Below are positions 13,451 to 27,571 of a stretch of DNA of 64,000 nt, one piece after another. Every line of letters starts with the position of its first letter. The first letter of the stretch is position 1. The position numbers were made by a program, and so were the translations under genes. The DNA is from Leptogorgia sarmentosa (Eukaryota): contig OZ210885.1 in assembly GCA_964658305.1 (NCBI GenBank), positions 10,292,001 through 10,356,000 of the forward strand, in the 5' to 3' direction. The notes beneath the pieces are model-generated. The model searched no databases. It was not told where the DNA came from and saw only the letters and a list, made by a program, of their open reading frames with translations.

Positions 13451-16400
13451 CTGTATATGAAAAATATTGAATTATTCTCTGGATCAAGTAGCTACTCTTG
13501 TTTCTCAGCTGACATCGCTTGATCTTGCATATTATAAGAATCGGGGCCTATTGAGTGTTTCTGTTGCCGATTTAGAGGAACTTTATTGAAAGTGATTGAA
13601 CACGTGTAACATTCAATTGAAGCGATTAAAATTGGCAATTACAGAAAGAACAGTTAAGCTGCAGCCACTGTTGAATATCGTTAATTGGAATCGATTGTTT
13701 TTATGATCTGTGAACACTGGAATTGCAATCTAAAACTGTGTTTCATAACTTGTGTTCTATAACGGCGAAAAGAATGTCAATTGAAAAACAGAACTATAAA
13801 GTGTGTTTTTGTGTATTCCGTAACATGGTATGCATTTCGTGTTAAATGATCCACTTTCCGACATGCGAGATTCTACCTATCATTAGTTCAAGAATTATAC
13901 AGCGTTAGTGATGAAAACTTTTTTTTCCTCAATATTTTTCTGACCGTAAAGGTCAGAGTTAGGATTCTAGAGTTTTGGTTGGGATTAGTATATAGAAAAA
14001 TGGTTTATATCTAACACTACTATAACTATATATATCAAGAGTAATACTGAAACGCCGACCAGCGATCTCAGGCGATAGTCCAGCGTGGGCATTACTCGTG
14101 TTCTCAATTGAGAAATATTGGGTACTACCCGTGAGGTCTTTGTTCAACGGCTGTGTATGATGTCCCCGTGTTGAATCGTCAAAAACGCTTGGTATCTTCA
14201 AGGTTGTAATGACGCATCCGGACATGCAGGAGGCCATCATATTTACATCGGCATCATGTATTTCCAGATTTTTTTCTAAGCACGATTTTGAAACAAAACT
14301 TACCAACACAGGAGCCTTTACCATCTCCAAATAATCCTGGATTGCACGTGCACGTATATGATCCAATGTTGTTATCGCAAGTGGCATTCTGGTGACAGAT
14401 AGATGTATTTTGACATTCGTCGATATCTAAACAAACATTGCTAACGCAATGTTAACGCCAACTAAAATACAGTAGTCTGGGATATCGGGCTACAAGGCCA
14501 TGTTCTGCGATGTTCTGGACCACAAAGTCAAACTCGTACTGAACTCATGGCAAGAACTTAAAATTCTGCTACATACTGCAACATCAACGAGAGAATTTGA
14601 GATTTCCGCTCAATTTAGATGCCTTTAAAATGGCCTCGTATCTCCACATCATTCAATACGACTGTTTGGTTATTTTTAGAAAACGTCTGAGATGCTTGGG
14701 ACCCAAAAAAAAGAGCAATGTTTACAGCGAAGATCACATGCGAGCTCAACTGAAGAAATCTAATGTCCAGGACTATCTACCTACAGGGGCATTTGACATG
14801 CTTTGCGTCTACGACATGGAATGCATGTCAGACATCATTGTTTTGTTCAGTTGATCAGTGAAAGTAATTGCGATGGCGTTCAGTTCAGAAAAACTAGACG
14901 TCTGCATAGAAGGCCGTATTGAAGTAAGGGAGCTAATGTGTGCTGGCACTTATATGGTAGGATTATGTTGCTAATTTTCCCGAATAATATAATAATTTGT
15001 AGTTGTACTTAATGTACGTTTCCACTATATTTTAATCATCACAGAATAGATTATTTACCCAGATCATTAAAGTACTCGGTGATTCCGCCATTGTCTGTAT
15101 ATTGCCTTGACATTTACAGCGATTTTTGTGAGCAGTATTTTGAAGCAAAACTTACCAACACACGAATCTTTACCATCCCCAGATAAGCCCTGATTGCACG
15201 TGCATGTATATGATCCAAAGTTGTTATTGCAAGTGGCATTCTGGTGACAGATAGATGTATTTTGACATTCGTCGATATCTAAACAAAGTTTTATAATTTG
15301 GAAATGACAACGCCCACTAAGTATTTGTCCGCATGCTAAATATATACGACTATAGCGTATTTTCTTAAACATACACTTCGACTTTTGGCTTTTCCCGCAA
15401 AATCCATCACCATATCTCGAAAGTGCATTTTAGAATTAGTAAAAAGTGCATTGTTTCATTGCGAAATGTTGTTAAAATTAATGCGCAAAATATATTGTGC
15501 ATGAAAACAGGGGAATTTTTTCCATACATTTCCAATAATATAGGGGGAATTTTTTTACCACCTTTGAGATGAAAATGGTGCAGATTTCCTCACATAATAT
15601 CATTGTTGTCAATTTCCTGGACGCTGATTGGCTGAAAAGCTTCAACAACTGTGCAAATTAAACTTTAATTTGCACAGTGTGCAAATTAAACTTAATTGCA
15701 CGGTTTCGAGCCCGCGATACATTATAAAAACAAATATATAAACGCTTAAATCAACGCCAAAATTCTTGTTTTTTTTGACGTCATTTATTTTCAACTTTGG
15801 ACAAAAAAGGTTACTGGACGTGTACTACAATGATATTAATACGAAATTACACTTGTTCTCGAAGTATTAATGAAAAATTGCTCTTGTGTTTGGCGAAATA
15901 CCGCTCGTTCTTCGCACTCGCGGTGTTTCGCCAAACACGCGTGCAATTTTTCATTAATACTTCTCGAACCGTGTAATTTCCTATACTAAAAGTATTGCAC
16001 ATATTCAAATTTTGCATGGCATTTACAACATTTCACGACCAAATTTTGCAATTTTACCAATTTTGACAAACTATTTTTACATAGCTCATGTGATGGATTT
16101 GTTCTTTTGGTCTAAAAAAATTCACCTCAAGCTACTAGGATTGCTTGACATCGTGGGCATGGCTGAAAATATATTTGCTTTACACAGTTCACTCATCATA
16201 CATAATTCCTTTGTCTCGAAGACGTTTTGTCAATAAAAATATCACTTCCTACCAGGTGTATCCATCCCAGCGGTAATCACAAAGGTCTTTAAGGAAACCA
16301 ACCAATGAGAATGCTATATGAACTACTGACATGATAACTGCGAAAAACATGGTCCAATTCAACTCATGCACAATGTGAAACACCAACCTTCACAATATGT

Positions 16401-19400
16401 TCCATTTCCTGTTAATCCAGATTTACACTGGCAGTCATATCCCCCGGGCTTATTTGTACACGTGGCATACACATGACAGTAACCACCGAGGCAACATTCA
16501 TCCACATCTTGCATAAGATAAAAATAAAAGTTTATAAACATTGCAAAATTCGCCATAATACACGTGGGGAAAACAAAACTTACCATCAGCAGCAGCAACT
16601 GCACTTGTGGCTGCCCTGATGCTGTATGTTTCCAAAACCTCTTCACTTTCTTTGTCAATTATGTCAAGTTCAGCACTAGTTGGATTGAGAACATACAGGT
16701 ATCTTTCGCCTTGGGCAAGTTTAATGGCAGCTATTGGTCCAGCGTATTCTGTTAATTGGACTGTTGTTTGATTGTAATATGTCTTCATCACTTCGTAAGT
16801 ATCGCTACCACTTATGTAATTCGTCCAATAAACCACTTCCTTAGCCTCATCGACACTAACGTCTCCAGGAAAATCTCCAGCTAGAACAAATTCTGATGCC
16901 GTAGAGAGATTGTATCGTCCAATATCGCCATGATTGTCAGAGTTGGAAAAATATAACACGCTGTAAGACAACATCAAAAAAATCGCTGATATTCCATGAG
17001 AAAGGGATAAAGAAAATTATAAAGGAAATCAGTAGATTGCATTTTAAAGGACGTTATATAATCCAGAAGTTATGTAAAACGAATAGCTTGAATACTACAG
17101 TATATGGTGGACAATATAAAGACACTATGATAATAATAATAAATAAATGGAAACTTCATTGGAATTCTTATACAAAAATTATTATAAATCTCACTAGTTT
17201 ATATGTAAATTATGTTGATTACTTGAACCTATATAGCTATTTATGGTTCACAAATCAAACTGATTAAAAAATAATTTTGGAATGTATATCAGATTTGTAG
17301 TAATACTAGATTCGTCCAGTCTATTTCTGCAGCTAAATACATACGTTATTTATTGCTCTTATCGCGATGGACATAATACAATAATGTTTTTCTCAAAAGA
17401 GCAATGTTGACCAGTGAAACGTACCGAGAGACTGCATCAAAATCAAGATCTCTTACGCCAGTAGCGTCAGGGATGATATTGGAAATGTCCGAGCTGTCTG
17501 ATATTGGAAATCTTTTCAAATCGTTTTTGACCACACTTTTGTAATAAATGTACCTCGCTATATGATCAATGGTAAAAGCATCAATGTCGATGCCCGATGA
17601 AATTACTGTTTGATTATTTCCATCCAATTTCATAGTGTATAAAGTATTGCCATCGTCAGTGAAATACAGCATTCCTTTAGTCAATTTATCATATTCCAGT
17701 TTTGCATTCGTAGCCGATGCTATCGTCGTGATGCTCAACCCGTTGCTTACGACATAAATTTCAGAAGCAGTAGCCAAGTATATTGAGTCTATATAACACT
17801 TCGGATCTAAAGGAATCAAAATAACTTTAACCGATTAAAAGATTTAAAATGTTCAAAATTTAGTCCCTGTAAATAATGAAGTTATATGGATTGTGTAGTG
17901 CAACTTTTTCACACCGCACTTACAATACCCAAAGTTGGCAGAAGATTGATTAGCAGTCAATCTATTTTTAATCCAGCAAAACAATCGTCTCATTTCTCAA
18001 ACTGACGGCCTAAAGGCCATTTCGCCCACGCTACTGGGTAGGTTAGTACGACTGAAAGTAGATATCCACGCTGGGAGGTTCATATCTGCTGCGTATAGAA
18101 ATGAAAATCTCTAAACATATACATTTTACATCAGTGCAGAAGGCCATTACTAACACATACCTTCACAGACAGTTCCATTTCCTAAAAAACCGCTATTACA
18201 AGAACAAGTAAACGAACCAATGGTATTAGTACATGTAGCATTCAAGTGGCAATCATGACCATTTGCACATTCGTCAATGTCTATTAATGCAAAAAAAAAA
18301 CTTCGCAAACTATGCACAGAAAAGTAATTATACTACAGCTGAAGAATAGAGGGTTTGTATAGTTGTGTATACATTTTTCAAAATATTTTTGTTTTTTAAG
18401 TTTTTTAACAGTGTAGGGGCAATAGAGGAACTGTTAAAATTTTGCGTCATCAGTAAGTTTTGCTTGATGGCAGAAATGCACTCTGGTAAAAAGCACATGC
18501 TGCCAACTTTTCCGTAATCACTGATTAATATCAGTACTACATTTATCACTACCACATGCAAATAGCTGCGTTGATTCTATCACCGGCACTTGTTCAGTAA
18601 AATACCAAATTTACAAGCGGTTCAAGTCGCATGGCTTGGTAAGAGCAGCTTTTTTTCTGACAGCAATCCTTTAGAAAAGCTATACTATTTACATACACAC
18701 ACAGTACAGGTGGAATAATCTTACCATTTGTGCCAATTATTTCTTTCGCTCCCGCAAAAACTATGAAGTTTTGAACAATTGTATCGGTTGCTTTATCAAA
18801 CTTACGAATGACAGATTGAGTTGAATCAAGTACATAATAGTAATTTCCAATTTGCGTAATTGCCGGTCGCCCAGATTGTCCAAATGAACTGCTGATAACC
18901 GTCGTATTACCATTGTAATCCGTCTTTCGTAACATCAAAGTTTTATCAGGGTTATAACTGATCCAGTAAATGATCCGGTTGCGACGATCCAGTGTTAACC
19001 TGACAGATGAGCTGTTAGCGTTGAACAATGTCCTCACTTCTCCACTGGTAATATTATAAACAACCAAATCTCTCTCGGAGGTGTCATCGGCAGCAAAGAA
19101 TAACAGCCTGGTGATAACGGTTATGACAAACTTTCCAACATATTCTACATTTTGTTTTGCATTTTGAAATATATATCTTTAATTATATCTATTGATTTTT
19201 ATATTTTATTCATTATACGCTTGCGAGTTACACCAGGTAGAATACATCTTGATGTTTTATGCTCAATGAAGAACATAAAAGGGCTATTGGGGACAAATGG
19301 ATGCAACAAACAATGCGCTCAGTTCCACACATAATATCATTGTTGTCAATTTCCTGGATGCTGATTGGCTAAAAAGCTTCAACAACTGTGCAAATTAATC

Positions 19401-20065
19401 TTTAATTTGCACAGTGTGCAAATTAAACTTAATTGCCCGCGATACATTATAAAAAGAAATAAATAAACGCTTAAATCAACGCCAAAATTCTTATTTTTAT
19501 TTTTCATTTATTGTCAACTTTGGACAAAAAAGGTTAGTGGACGTGTACTACAATGATATTAATACGAAATTACACTTGTTCTCAAAGTATTAATGATTTA
19601 TACTTCTCGAACCGTGTAAATTCCTATACTAATTTAGCACAAAATTAAAATTTCATGAAAAATTTCTTTATATTTGCAATACTTACTGCATCATAGGATC
19701 CACTTGAATATCGGTCAGATCTTGGTTTCCGTCAGTGAGCAATTCCGTTAGACCTGTTCCATTAAAGTTTCTCGAGTTGCTGTAATCAGTTGCTGCGGAG
19801 ACAAAGTAGATTTTTTCGTTCTCATCATCCACGCTGAATCTTTTTACGCCTCCACCAATTCCAAACAATTTCTGGATATCAGAACCATCCAGCTTCATTG
19901 ATTGCAACACCGTTGTCACTTCTTCGAAAACGTAGAGTCTTCTTGTGCTAACATCGTAACCCAACTTCGAATTGATTGCCGATCGGATGACAGTACTTTT
20001 CCCACCACTTGATGACACATACATAACATGAGTAGCATTCGCATAAACAATATACTCTAATTCAG
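13032..20065 (-). CDS. Spliced gene (9 exons seen, 5' end missing): LRP/pro-EGF-like single-pass membrane protein, [beta-propeller-EGF]x2-EGF-EGF-TM-tyrosine-motif tail, ~800 aa visible
   Basis: Exons 19687-20065, 18725-19107, 18161-18280, 17425-17788, 16584-16960, 16388-16507, 15156-15278, 14304-14426 and 13032-13450 all have AG/GT boundaries and join in one frame to TGA at 13032-13034. Motifs: degenerate YWTD repeats (IYWIS, VYWTN, LYFTD), DIDEC Ca-EGF starts, hydrophobic TM. Confidence 0.85.
14304..14426 (-). CDS. Exon: Ca-binding EGF domain, near-identical duplicate of 15156-15278
   Basis: [41 protein letters not shown]; tag/GTAAG boundaries. Confidence 0.85.
15156..15278 (-). CDS. Exon: Ca-binding EGF domain ([41 protein letters not shown])
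   Basis: EGF Cys pattern, tag/GTAAG boundaries. Confidence 0.85.
15591..15989. mobile_element. Intronic hairpin-bearing interspersed element
   Basis: Long palindrome at 15843-15980; second copy at 19328-19632. Confidence 0.75.
16388..16507 (-). CDS. Exon: Ca-binding EGF domain ([40 protein letters not shown])
   Basis: EGF Cys pattern, aag/GTTG boundaries, phase 1-1. Confidence 0.82.
16584..16960 (-). CDS. Exon: second half of beta-propeller 2
   Basis: cag/GTAAG boundaries; [14 protein letters not shown] motif. Confidence 0.8.
17425..17788 (-). CDS. Exon: first half of beta-propeller 2
   Basis: tag/GTACGT boundaries; [14 protein letters not shown] and [12 protein letters not shown]; paralogous to exon 19687-20065. 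Confidence 0.8.
18161..18280 (-). CDS. Exon: Ca-binding EGF domain ([40 protein letters not shown])
   Basis: Six-Cys EGF spacing, phase 1-1, tag/GTATG boundaries; too short for the ORF track. Confidence 0.85.
18725..19107 (-). CDS. Exon: second half of beta-propeller 1
   Basis: cag acceptor, GTAAG donor; [14 protein letters not shown] and KTDYNG motifs. Confidence 0.8.
19328..19632. mobile_element. Second copy of the 15591-15989 element with the hairpin core deleted
   Basis: Same ends CACATAATATCATTGTTG...CCTATACTAA. Confidence 0.75.
19687..20065 (-). CDS. Exon: first half of beta-propeller 1 ([21 protein letters not shown]...DIQVDPMMQ)
   Basis: tttcag acceptor and GTAAGT donor; LDLR class B-like repeats ([21 protein letters not shown]). 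Confidence 0.8.
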
Positions 20066-20934
20066 CTGAAATTTGAAAACGATTATCTCAAAACTCATTT
20101 GAGGATGACGGAATCGCCACAACGAGAATTAGGTGTTTAAAAAACTCCAAACCGAGGAAAAAACGAAGCACGAAGGAAAATTCGGAGAAAAACTTCGGCG
20201 CATACAAAAAGTTTTCTTTTCGTACATAGGTTATCTGTTGTTGAAGTATTCCCAAAAGTTTTTCGAGAGTTCAAAATGGAGGCAAAAAGAATTTTTTATA
20301 CTAGTGCATTTTCAGTGAAATCAGAAAAGAAGTGAATGTGGAACCTAAAGGCCCATTTACACCGGCGATATTTTGCTGCGAATTTCTCATTATGAACGAT
20401 GCGAAGGAGTTGATGAGAAATAAATGTTCCAAATAATGGAAACTCATAACAACATTGATAAGAAATCTACTCCTTCACATCATTCACAAGAAGAAAATCG
20501 CTCCTGAAATCGCAGCACAATCACCGGCCTCCTGTGAACACCTGTGGCCTTTATAACTGCATGAAAATTATAGAAACTTACAACTTGCAATTGGAATCAT
20601 GCAAGCACGTTAACCAAAGGTGAGTGTTGATAAATTGATTGTACAAAATGACTGAAGGATTTCTTTCGCCTTAGGACACACATTTTTCTCTTCTTTTTGC
20701 GAAGAATGACTGTTGTTTCGGCTGGTAGTTGGTAAATTTTCATTGCATGCGCGATTCTATGGTCGGCACTAGATCATGGTTAACATACGTACATATTCGC
20801 GACTGCTGTACATTCACGTCAGCGGTGTTCTTCGAACTAGAAGCGTCAAAAGCGTCATATAACGACTAAGTTAGTGAATAAAAACCCACAAACTACCTGT
20901 TCATTCTAATTACATCATGACATCTTGTCATCTA

Positions 20935-21365
20935 CCTTATTCGTACTTAATTTCGCGCGTACTTAATTTCGCGATTTTGTCGAAGCCATATTTAGCGAGA
21001 CTTTATTTTCGCGATTTTGATGACCGAGAATAGAAAAAGGGCATTAATTTTCGCGAAATACAGATTTTCAAAACCATCATTTATTGAATTTTAACTTTTA
21101 ACAATTGAATTTTATTAAATTTTAACTTTTATTGAAATTTATATATGTCGACGTCGGTAAAACGATATGCGAGCTGTACATGTTGTTGTTGATCATATAT
21201 ATTGAGAAATTAATGATTTAACAATTCTAATTTTTTTACTAATGTTTTAATTTCGCGTGGTTAAATTTCGCGAGGATTTTTATTCGCGCGACTTTAATTT
21301 CGCGATTTTTTTTCAATCGCGAAAATCGCGAAATTAAAGTCACGCGAAATTAAGTACGAATAAGG
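20935..21365. mobile_element. Tc1/mariner-type MITE
   Basis: TIR CCTTATTCGTACTTAATTTCGCG; TA TSD; subterminal TTTCGCG repeats. Confidence 0.85.
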
Positions 21366-22679
21366 TACAACGTTTTCGTTATCCAACTGTAAAGAAGTCA
21401 TTTTGCATCGCTATTATCGATTTTTGCGTGCTTGTCAATTGGCATTTAAATATTCCCGCACAAGTGCGCGCTATTTGACTATAATTGAGCAGCTGGGAAA
21501 TTTGTTGCGCATGCGTCAAATGTGACTTGCGTGGGCTTCACGAACTAATATCGCGCGCGGGATCTTTAAAATTTGTAAACAAAAACATGAGCGGTATTTT
21601 TTTCTCCTGTGCCGCGTTTCTTTGGCTGTTTTTATCGCTGTTTTTGCAGTTGCAAATAGGAAGGACCCTTTGTGCCGTATGCGGCAAATGCTGCAAAAAG
21701 AATTAAATTCTGCAAGGAATAGCTTCCGCAAAGCGCTGTTTTCCAGAGCTGTTTCGGTGTATCCTACGACGAGACAGGGATATTATGCTCTACCTGTCGA
21801 ACTTTAAAGGCGAAATTCAACTTGAAGGGCAATTTTCCCCTCAAAACGATTAGGTATTTATTTTTCCTACCTATCCAGAGAATTCAAAAATAGGATCAAG
21901 ATTTTGGAGATTTCGGTTAGATTTTTTACAATTTTGTCGAGTTTCGACCGAATTTAATTCCTGATTGAGACGACAAAATATAGCGAGATATAGTTTAAAA
22001 TATTTTTTGTTCCAAAAGGAGTAACGGTTTGATTTCTTTACACAAGTATTAATACATTAGTACCAGAAACTAGAGCAAAAAATGAACCAACTACATCCAA
22101 TTGATTCGCTATCGTTCGTCTTGATATGGCAGACATCAAAATTCAACTTATATGCAATGTTTGACATAGAATCCACGATTTTGGTCGGAAGGGCAATTTT
22201 CATATCAACAAAATGCTGTTTATCAAAAACAACAAACAATGAGAATATCAAATTTAGTAACAAAACTTTAGAGATTTCGTCTAGATTTTGAGCTTTCGAA
22301 GCTTGCCCGCCATACGTCTGTCTTGGGTCTATAACGTCAACAGATGCGAAGCAATGTAAACTTTTGCTCACCCTGAACAAACGTAAAATTATCTGGCAAA
22401 AACAGAACCAGGGGTGACACATGAAGTTGTAAGGAACATATTATACACTCTTTCCAGTTTCAAACACCCACAAGTGGCAGTGAATCTTTACTCAAAGCAC
22501 GGGCGTGCCAAAATTGTGTTCAAATTATCGGTTAACATCCTTGTGTGTATATGTGCTGATCACTCGCACAAGTTTGTTTCAAATCACTTGAAAAATCGTC
22601 TTTTGTCAGACCATAGATAACAGTTCACGTACAAGTTAGTTTTGATCCATGTAACCAAGCGAGTTGGCGCACAATTTAC

Positions 22680-23333
22680 CATAGGCGTACGGGCACATTT
22701 TTTTGGGGGGGGCTGGGCTGAATTTGCCCGAATTACATGACGTCATAGATTTCGTGACGTCATCATAATATTATATAATCTGAGAATACTATAAATGAAA
22801 AGCTTTCCTTTGAAAATTGATATAAAGAGAAATATGTCGTCCCCAGTGGCGTAGCCAGACCTTCTTTTTTTTTTGGGGGGGGGGGGGACGAAGCAAACGG
22901 GGAAGGCGCGATGGCATCTAGGGGGGTCCGGGGGGATTCTCCCCCGGGAAAATTTTGAAATCTGGAGTCCATCAATGGCGATTTAGCGTGTTTCTGGGGT
23001 GAGATTTGTGAAAATGTTTGGTTGAGATTGGTAGTCACATGGGTAGTCATCGTCCCCCCCTAATTTCTACCCGGATTTCATCTTTTTACGGCGCAGTCCT
23101 TCAGCCTTTTGAAGGGGCTGAAACCCCCCCTGCCCCCCCCCCTCCCTTGTCTACGTCACTGGTCGTCCCTAGCCAAACGGAGAAAGGGAAAGTTACTAGC
23201 GTAACAACATTTTTATCTAATCACCAGACCGTCGCTGCCCGAATGACAAGACAATTTTTGCCCGAATAGATGAATTCTCAAAAAATTTGGGGGGGCTGCA
23301 GCCCCCCCAGCCCCACCCCCTCGTACGCCTATG
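22680..23333. mobile_element. hAT-like MITE (host of a nested MITE)
   Basis: TIR CATAGGCGTACG; 8-bp TSD CAATTTAC. Confidence 0.88.
22844..23161. mobile_element. hAT-like MITE nested in 22680-23333
   Basis: TIR CAGTG(G/A)CGTAG; 8-bp TSD GTCGTCCC. Confidence 0.88.
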
Positions 23334-26300
23334 CAATTTACAAATAAACACAACACTTTGCAAGGCATAATAACACGTTCAAACCCTAGGTGCCTTCGTC
23401 GCTAATATTTTAGTAAAATGTACCATTAAAAAGGACATATTCAACATCTGAAGCAAACTTGGTGTGCTAAGAACAACTTCCTACTCTTTAAATAATTTGA
23501 TTATGGCTCAGAGAAGCTCAGATCTCAAACAAACATTCGCTTTGCATTTTCATTCGAAATTTACAAATTCGAACAAAAAACAGGTTGTGCCCGCAATTTC
23601 TCTGCACAGCGACAACAAATTTCCCAGCTGCTCTATAATTGTTCTTGCGACACATCGCTGACCCCAGTGTACAGCAGTCGCGATTATGTACGTATGTTAA
23701 CCATGATCTCACCATTGGTTTCTCACCAATGGTTGGTTGCTCACCATTGTTTCTATAGAATGGTGAGCAACATGCCAAATTTCCCTTTCTCACTCTGTCT
23801 ATTTTATGCTTAAAACTCGATTATGAATCATTTTACACAAAGTTACGTAGAGAAGTTCTTTGTCGTTTTCAGTTGCTTTAACAAGTGTGCTTCTCGTCTT
23901 TCCACTGTTTTACCCAATCAAGTTACTTTTTTGGAGAACAGGGTAAAAAAGGGTAAATAAAATGACATGGATATAAATAGGCAGTTTTTCAAAATTACTT
24001 ATACAACATCTTACTTGCGTTTCTTATAAAAACGAGCGCAGCAAACATGGCGATTAGAAATGTAAACATCTAGAAAGAAAACAGAAAATACGAATATATC
24101 AGGATATGATTATTATAGCATCACGAAATGTGTAGTAAGAACAAGGTTTTGTGATTCCAAGTCGAGCTCAATTTGGCATAAGAAAATACCCTGGTGTAAT
24201 TGGCGTAATTTCTGGATTGCTTTCGAAGGAACGTATGTTTCGATTACAGTTTTGACTTTCTTCGTAGTTTCAAGTTTCATAGTGATAAATTTTAAAAATG
24301 AGCGTTTAGCAAATATTTTGACCGTTACACTGTTAGAATGTATGCCTACTATATAATTCTTTATTAGATACATCGCTAGAAATGGCGGACATTGGAACGA
24401 ACGCATACGTTGTCCCCAGTCTCCCGGTTCACTCGGATATTGAAATTTTATTAAAAACTATATGGTCATCCATTTATTACATGAACAATAAAAAGATAAA
24501 TTTTATCGAGTTTAATTGCATTCATTCAAAGACTCAATTTGTTTTTTAATTTCCCGCGTAATCCACGCAACCCGCGTGAAAGCCCTCATGTCTCTATCGT
24601 GTTAAATATACTCTCTAAATTAATCAGTAATTTTCTCGTTTAATCTGTCAACCGAAGCAGCAATTTCCTTGCGGTGCGTAAATTATCCCTATCTATCCTA
24701 GTTCAGGGATAGATAGGGATAATGGGGCTATACAATTGAGGGATGTATCGGGATTCCAATGCCCCAATTTCTGGCGATGATATATATATTTAGATGTTCT
24801 GTGGAAGTGTTGTTTATTGATACACAACAAAACATTAGAAAAAACATCACTATCAATGCCCATAAAAGCGCCACAGCCAAAATTGCCGATTTGATTGATA
24901 CTGTAGCCCGAAAGATAATGCCGCGAAAATGCCCCCCCCCCCCCCCCCCCCAAAGCTACGAATTATTTTGAAAACTTGACTTCAATACTGAATTAAATGT
25001 GCTGCACTATCCAATTCCCCTAAATTTTAGTAAAGTTTTGTAAAGATCAACTTCGTAATAATGTATTTGCATTTTTTGAAATTAATTATTATGTATTTGC
25101 CTGTTTGTATGAGTGTTTGTATGAATAGTTACTATGAAAGGAGAAAGAGTGCTTTTTTTGTTACATTTCGTTTGCTAATCTCATAATCCCCAACTCATTT
25201 GAATACCTGGGAAACGGAAAGCATCATAAATTGATGTCCTTCAGATAATTCATTCAATTACGGGAATGCAATGCTATCAGCTGAAACTTTCCCCGTCTGT
25301 GAAATCAAGTACATGGCAATGAAGTAGCAGTGCATTTGATTTACTTTGTTTTTTTCGTAATAAGATAAGCATCTCCTATTAACAGAACTGCACGTTATGC
25401 CCTGCATGGCCGTAAAGTTTTTCAGAGTATAATATTTCCATAACAAAACAGGCGAACAAGTCATTCGGTCCTGTCTCAACAAGGAAGCCCTTGGAATAAA
25501 CAATGGACAAGTTAATTAAAAAACTGGTTCCCATAAAGCATTATTCGAACAGTTAGGCTTGTTTGGCTTACTAAAGTCTCCAGTGTAGACAAATTTATTT
25601 GTGATAGACACTCCACACATGTCACTTTCCAACTTACTATACCAAAGGATAATACCGTAAATAGAAAGCTCACTGACATTCCATTATATAGCCTATGCCT
25701 ACATTCATACGTATTTAAACACATCAAGAAATCAAATTACCAACTCCAGGATATCTTAGAACCTATATCTACATCCATTAATAGCCGAATGTCAGTATTT
25801 AAATCTGACAAAGGAAACTATTCAGGAAGAAGCACCGAATGTGCATTGGGACATAGCAACTTCAGTCAAATCATACCACATGTAACACAACAATTCCCAT
25901 CCAGGATAAAGAATATCTGTATACCGTAAACAAGAACGGTAAACTCAACCAAACCTCAATCCAAGGAGGAGCTCAAACTTCATGAACACGTGAAAAACAA
26001 ACTCAACAATTCAGCACCAAAAATTAGTTCAGCGTTTCTGAATCCGTCGCATCTTTAGCGACTTTCTCAAAATCGCAGCTGTTGGTCCATGTTTTGTAAG
26101 TGAGTATTATTATTATTATCTCCTTTACTATTTTGTATAATATCATTATTGAGTCCCCATGCAGATTGAGATAGTGAAATTACTCTTAATCTGAGGATTC
26201 ACAAAATTAATTCGCCAATGCTAATTAATTTTTTTCCGTAACTAACCTTTGCGTACTGTTGAGTATCCTATGTATAGTCCACAAACTGCGCAAGTGAAGA

Positions 26301-27571
26301 TTAACACACGATTTCTTTGCCCAACTTGAATAAACCACTGCTTGCACAAACTACGTGTACGCATTACCTGTCAGGTAAAATTAATAGTTTCCCCATCTTT
26401 AAAATTCACGTAATTGTAATAGTAGACGCGTATTGACTCACAACATGTTTGTTTTATATGGATGAAAGATTTTTTTAATTAAAATTTGTCATTTTTTTAA
26501 TCCATGCATTTAATCCATGCATGGATTTTGTTAATCCAAAAGACAAGCTGTCTATCCTGGCCTAGGCTTCATATTTACACAGCTAATTCAACTGAGGTTT
26601 TCACGTGAACGTTAAAACTCAAAACTTCAAAACTTCGAAATCATAGCTCAAATAGCTAGGAATCTTGAAATACAATATTACTAGCTTAGCTACCTAAGTT
26701 AAAAATTGTTAATAAACACGAAATAAAAACACTTCAGTATTCCTTTGGAGCTCAAAGCTCTTAGTTTTGAATTTTAACCTTTGGCTTTCAGAGAACAACA
26801 TTAATTCAGTTACCTGCATTGTACATTGTGAAACGTCACATACAAAAATGGATAGGATTTCTTTTATTAAACATTCAAAGCAGGAGATAAATAAGAGCTA
26901 CGCTTTTAATATAACTCATTAATCAAAACCCGTTAAAATGCTTTTGAGAATTAGCAACGTAGTTATCATATTGGGAGTAATTGGACAGTATTGCCATACT
27001 GTCCAAAAGTAGAAATATCCTCGGACTTTTGCAATGTCAGTTTATTCATCTGGGGGATCAGTTGTTCGAAAGCAGATATAATGCGAATGCGGATACAATT
27101 CTATCGCACGCATACCCAGCTACCAACATTCGGCGACGAGTTAAAGCTGATCTCACTTGAGTGTAAGCGCATGCATTAGGGTTCAGCTTACAGCTGTCAC
27201 ACATCGAAATTTCCAGGTAATAATTATTAAGAATATAAAATAGAAAAATTAAAGATCAGGAATGGTCCCGATCTTGACATTTCGTGAACCGCCTAGAAAA
27301 AGGAATTATATCATTTTTTACTTTTTGCTTTGCCGTTTTTAAGATGCGTTTTTATCAATTTTGTGACGTTTATGTATTCATTTGAGCTATTATACTATTG
27401 CGTGATTTCTGCGTATGCATCTTCGCAACCTTTCACAGAGGAGGAGCTTTTGCTCCACCGAACCAGGGACGTGTTTGGTGATTATTCAGGCGTCGTGCCG
27501 GTATCATTGATGGTATCGAAAAATTCTGTAATGTACTTCGTACTGAGCAAGAAAAAAATGGGATTAATATC

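Noticed and set aside
20570..20750. Candidate first exon of the receptor gene (GTAAGT donor at ~20581)
   Set aside because: The required phase gives only MIPIAS after an in-frame stop, with no signal peptide; not supportable
25100..26010. Minus-strand ORF fragments, possibly a LINE 3' remnant
   Set aside because: No recognisable reverse transcriptase or endonuclease motif; too degraded to call
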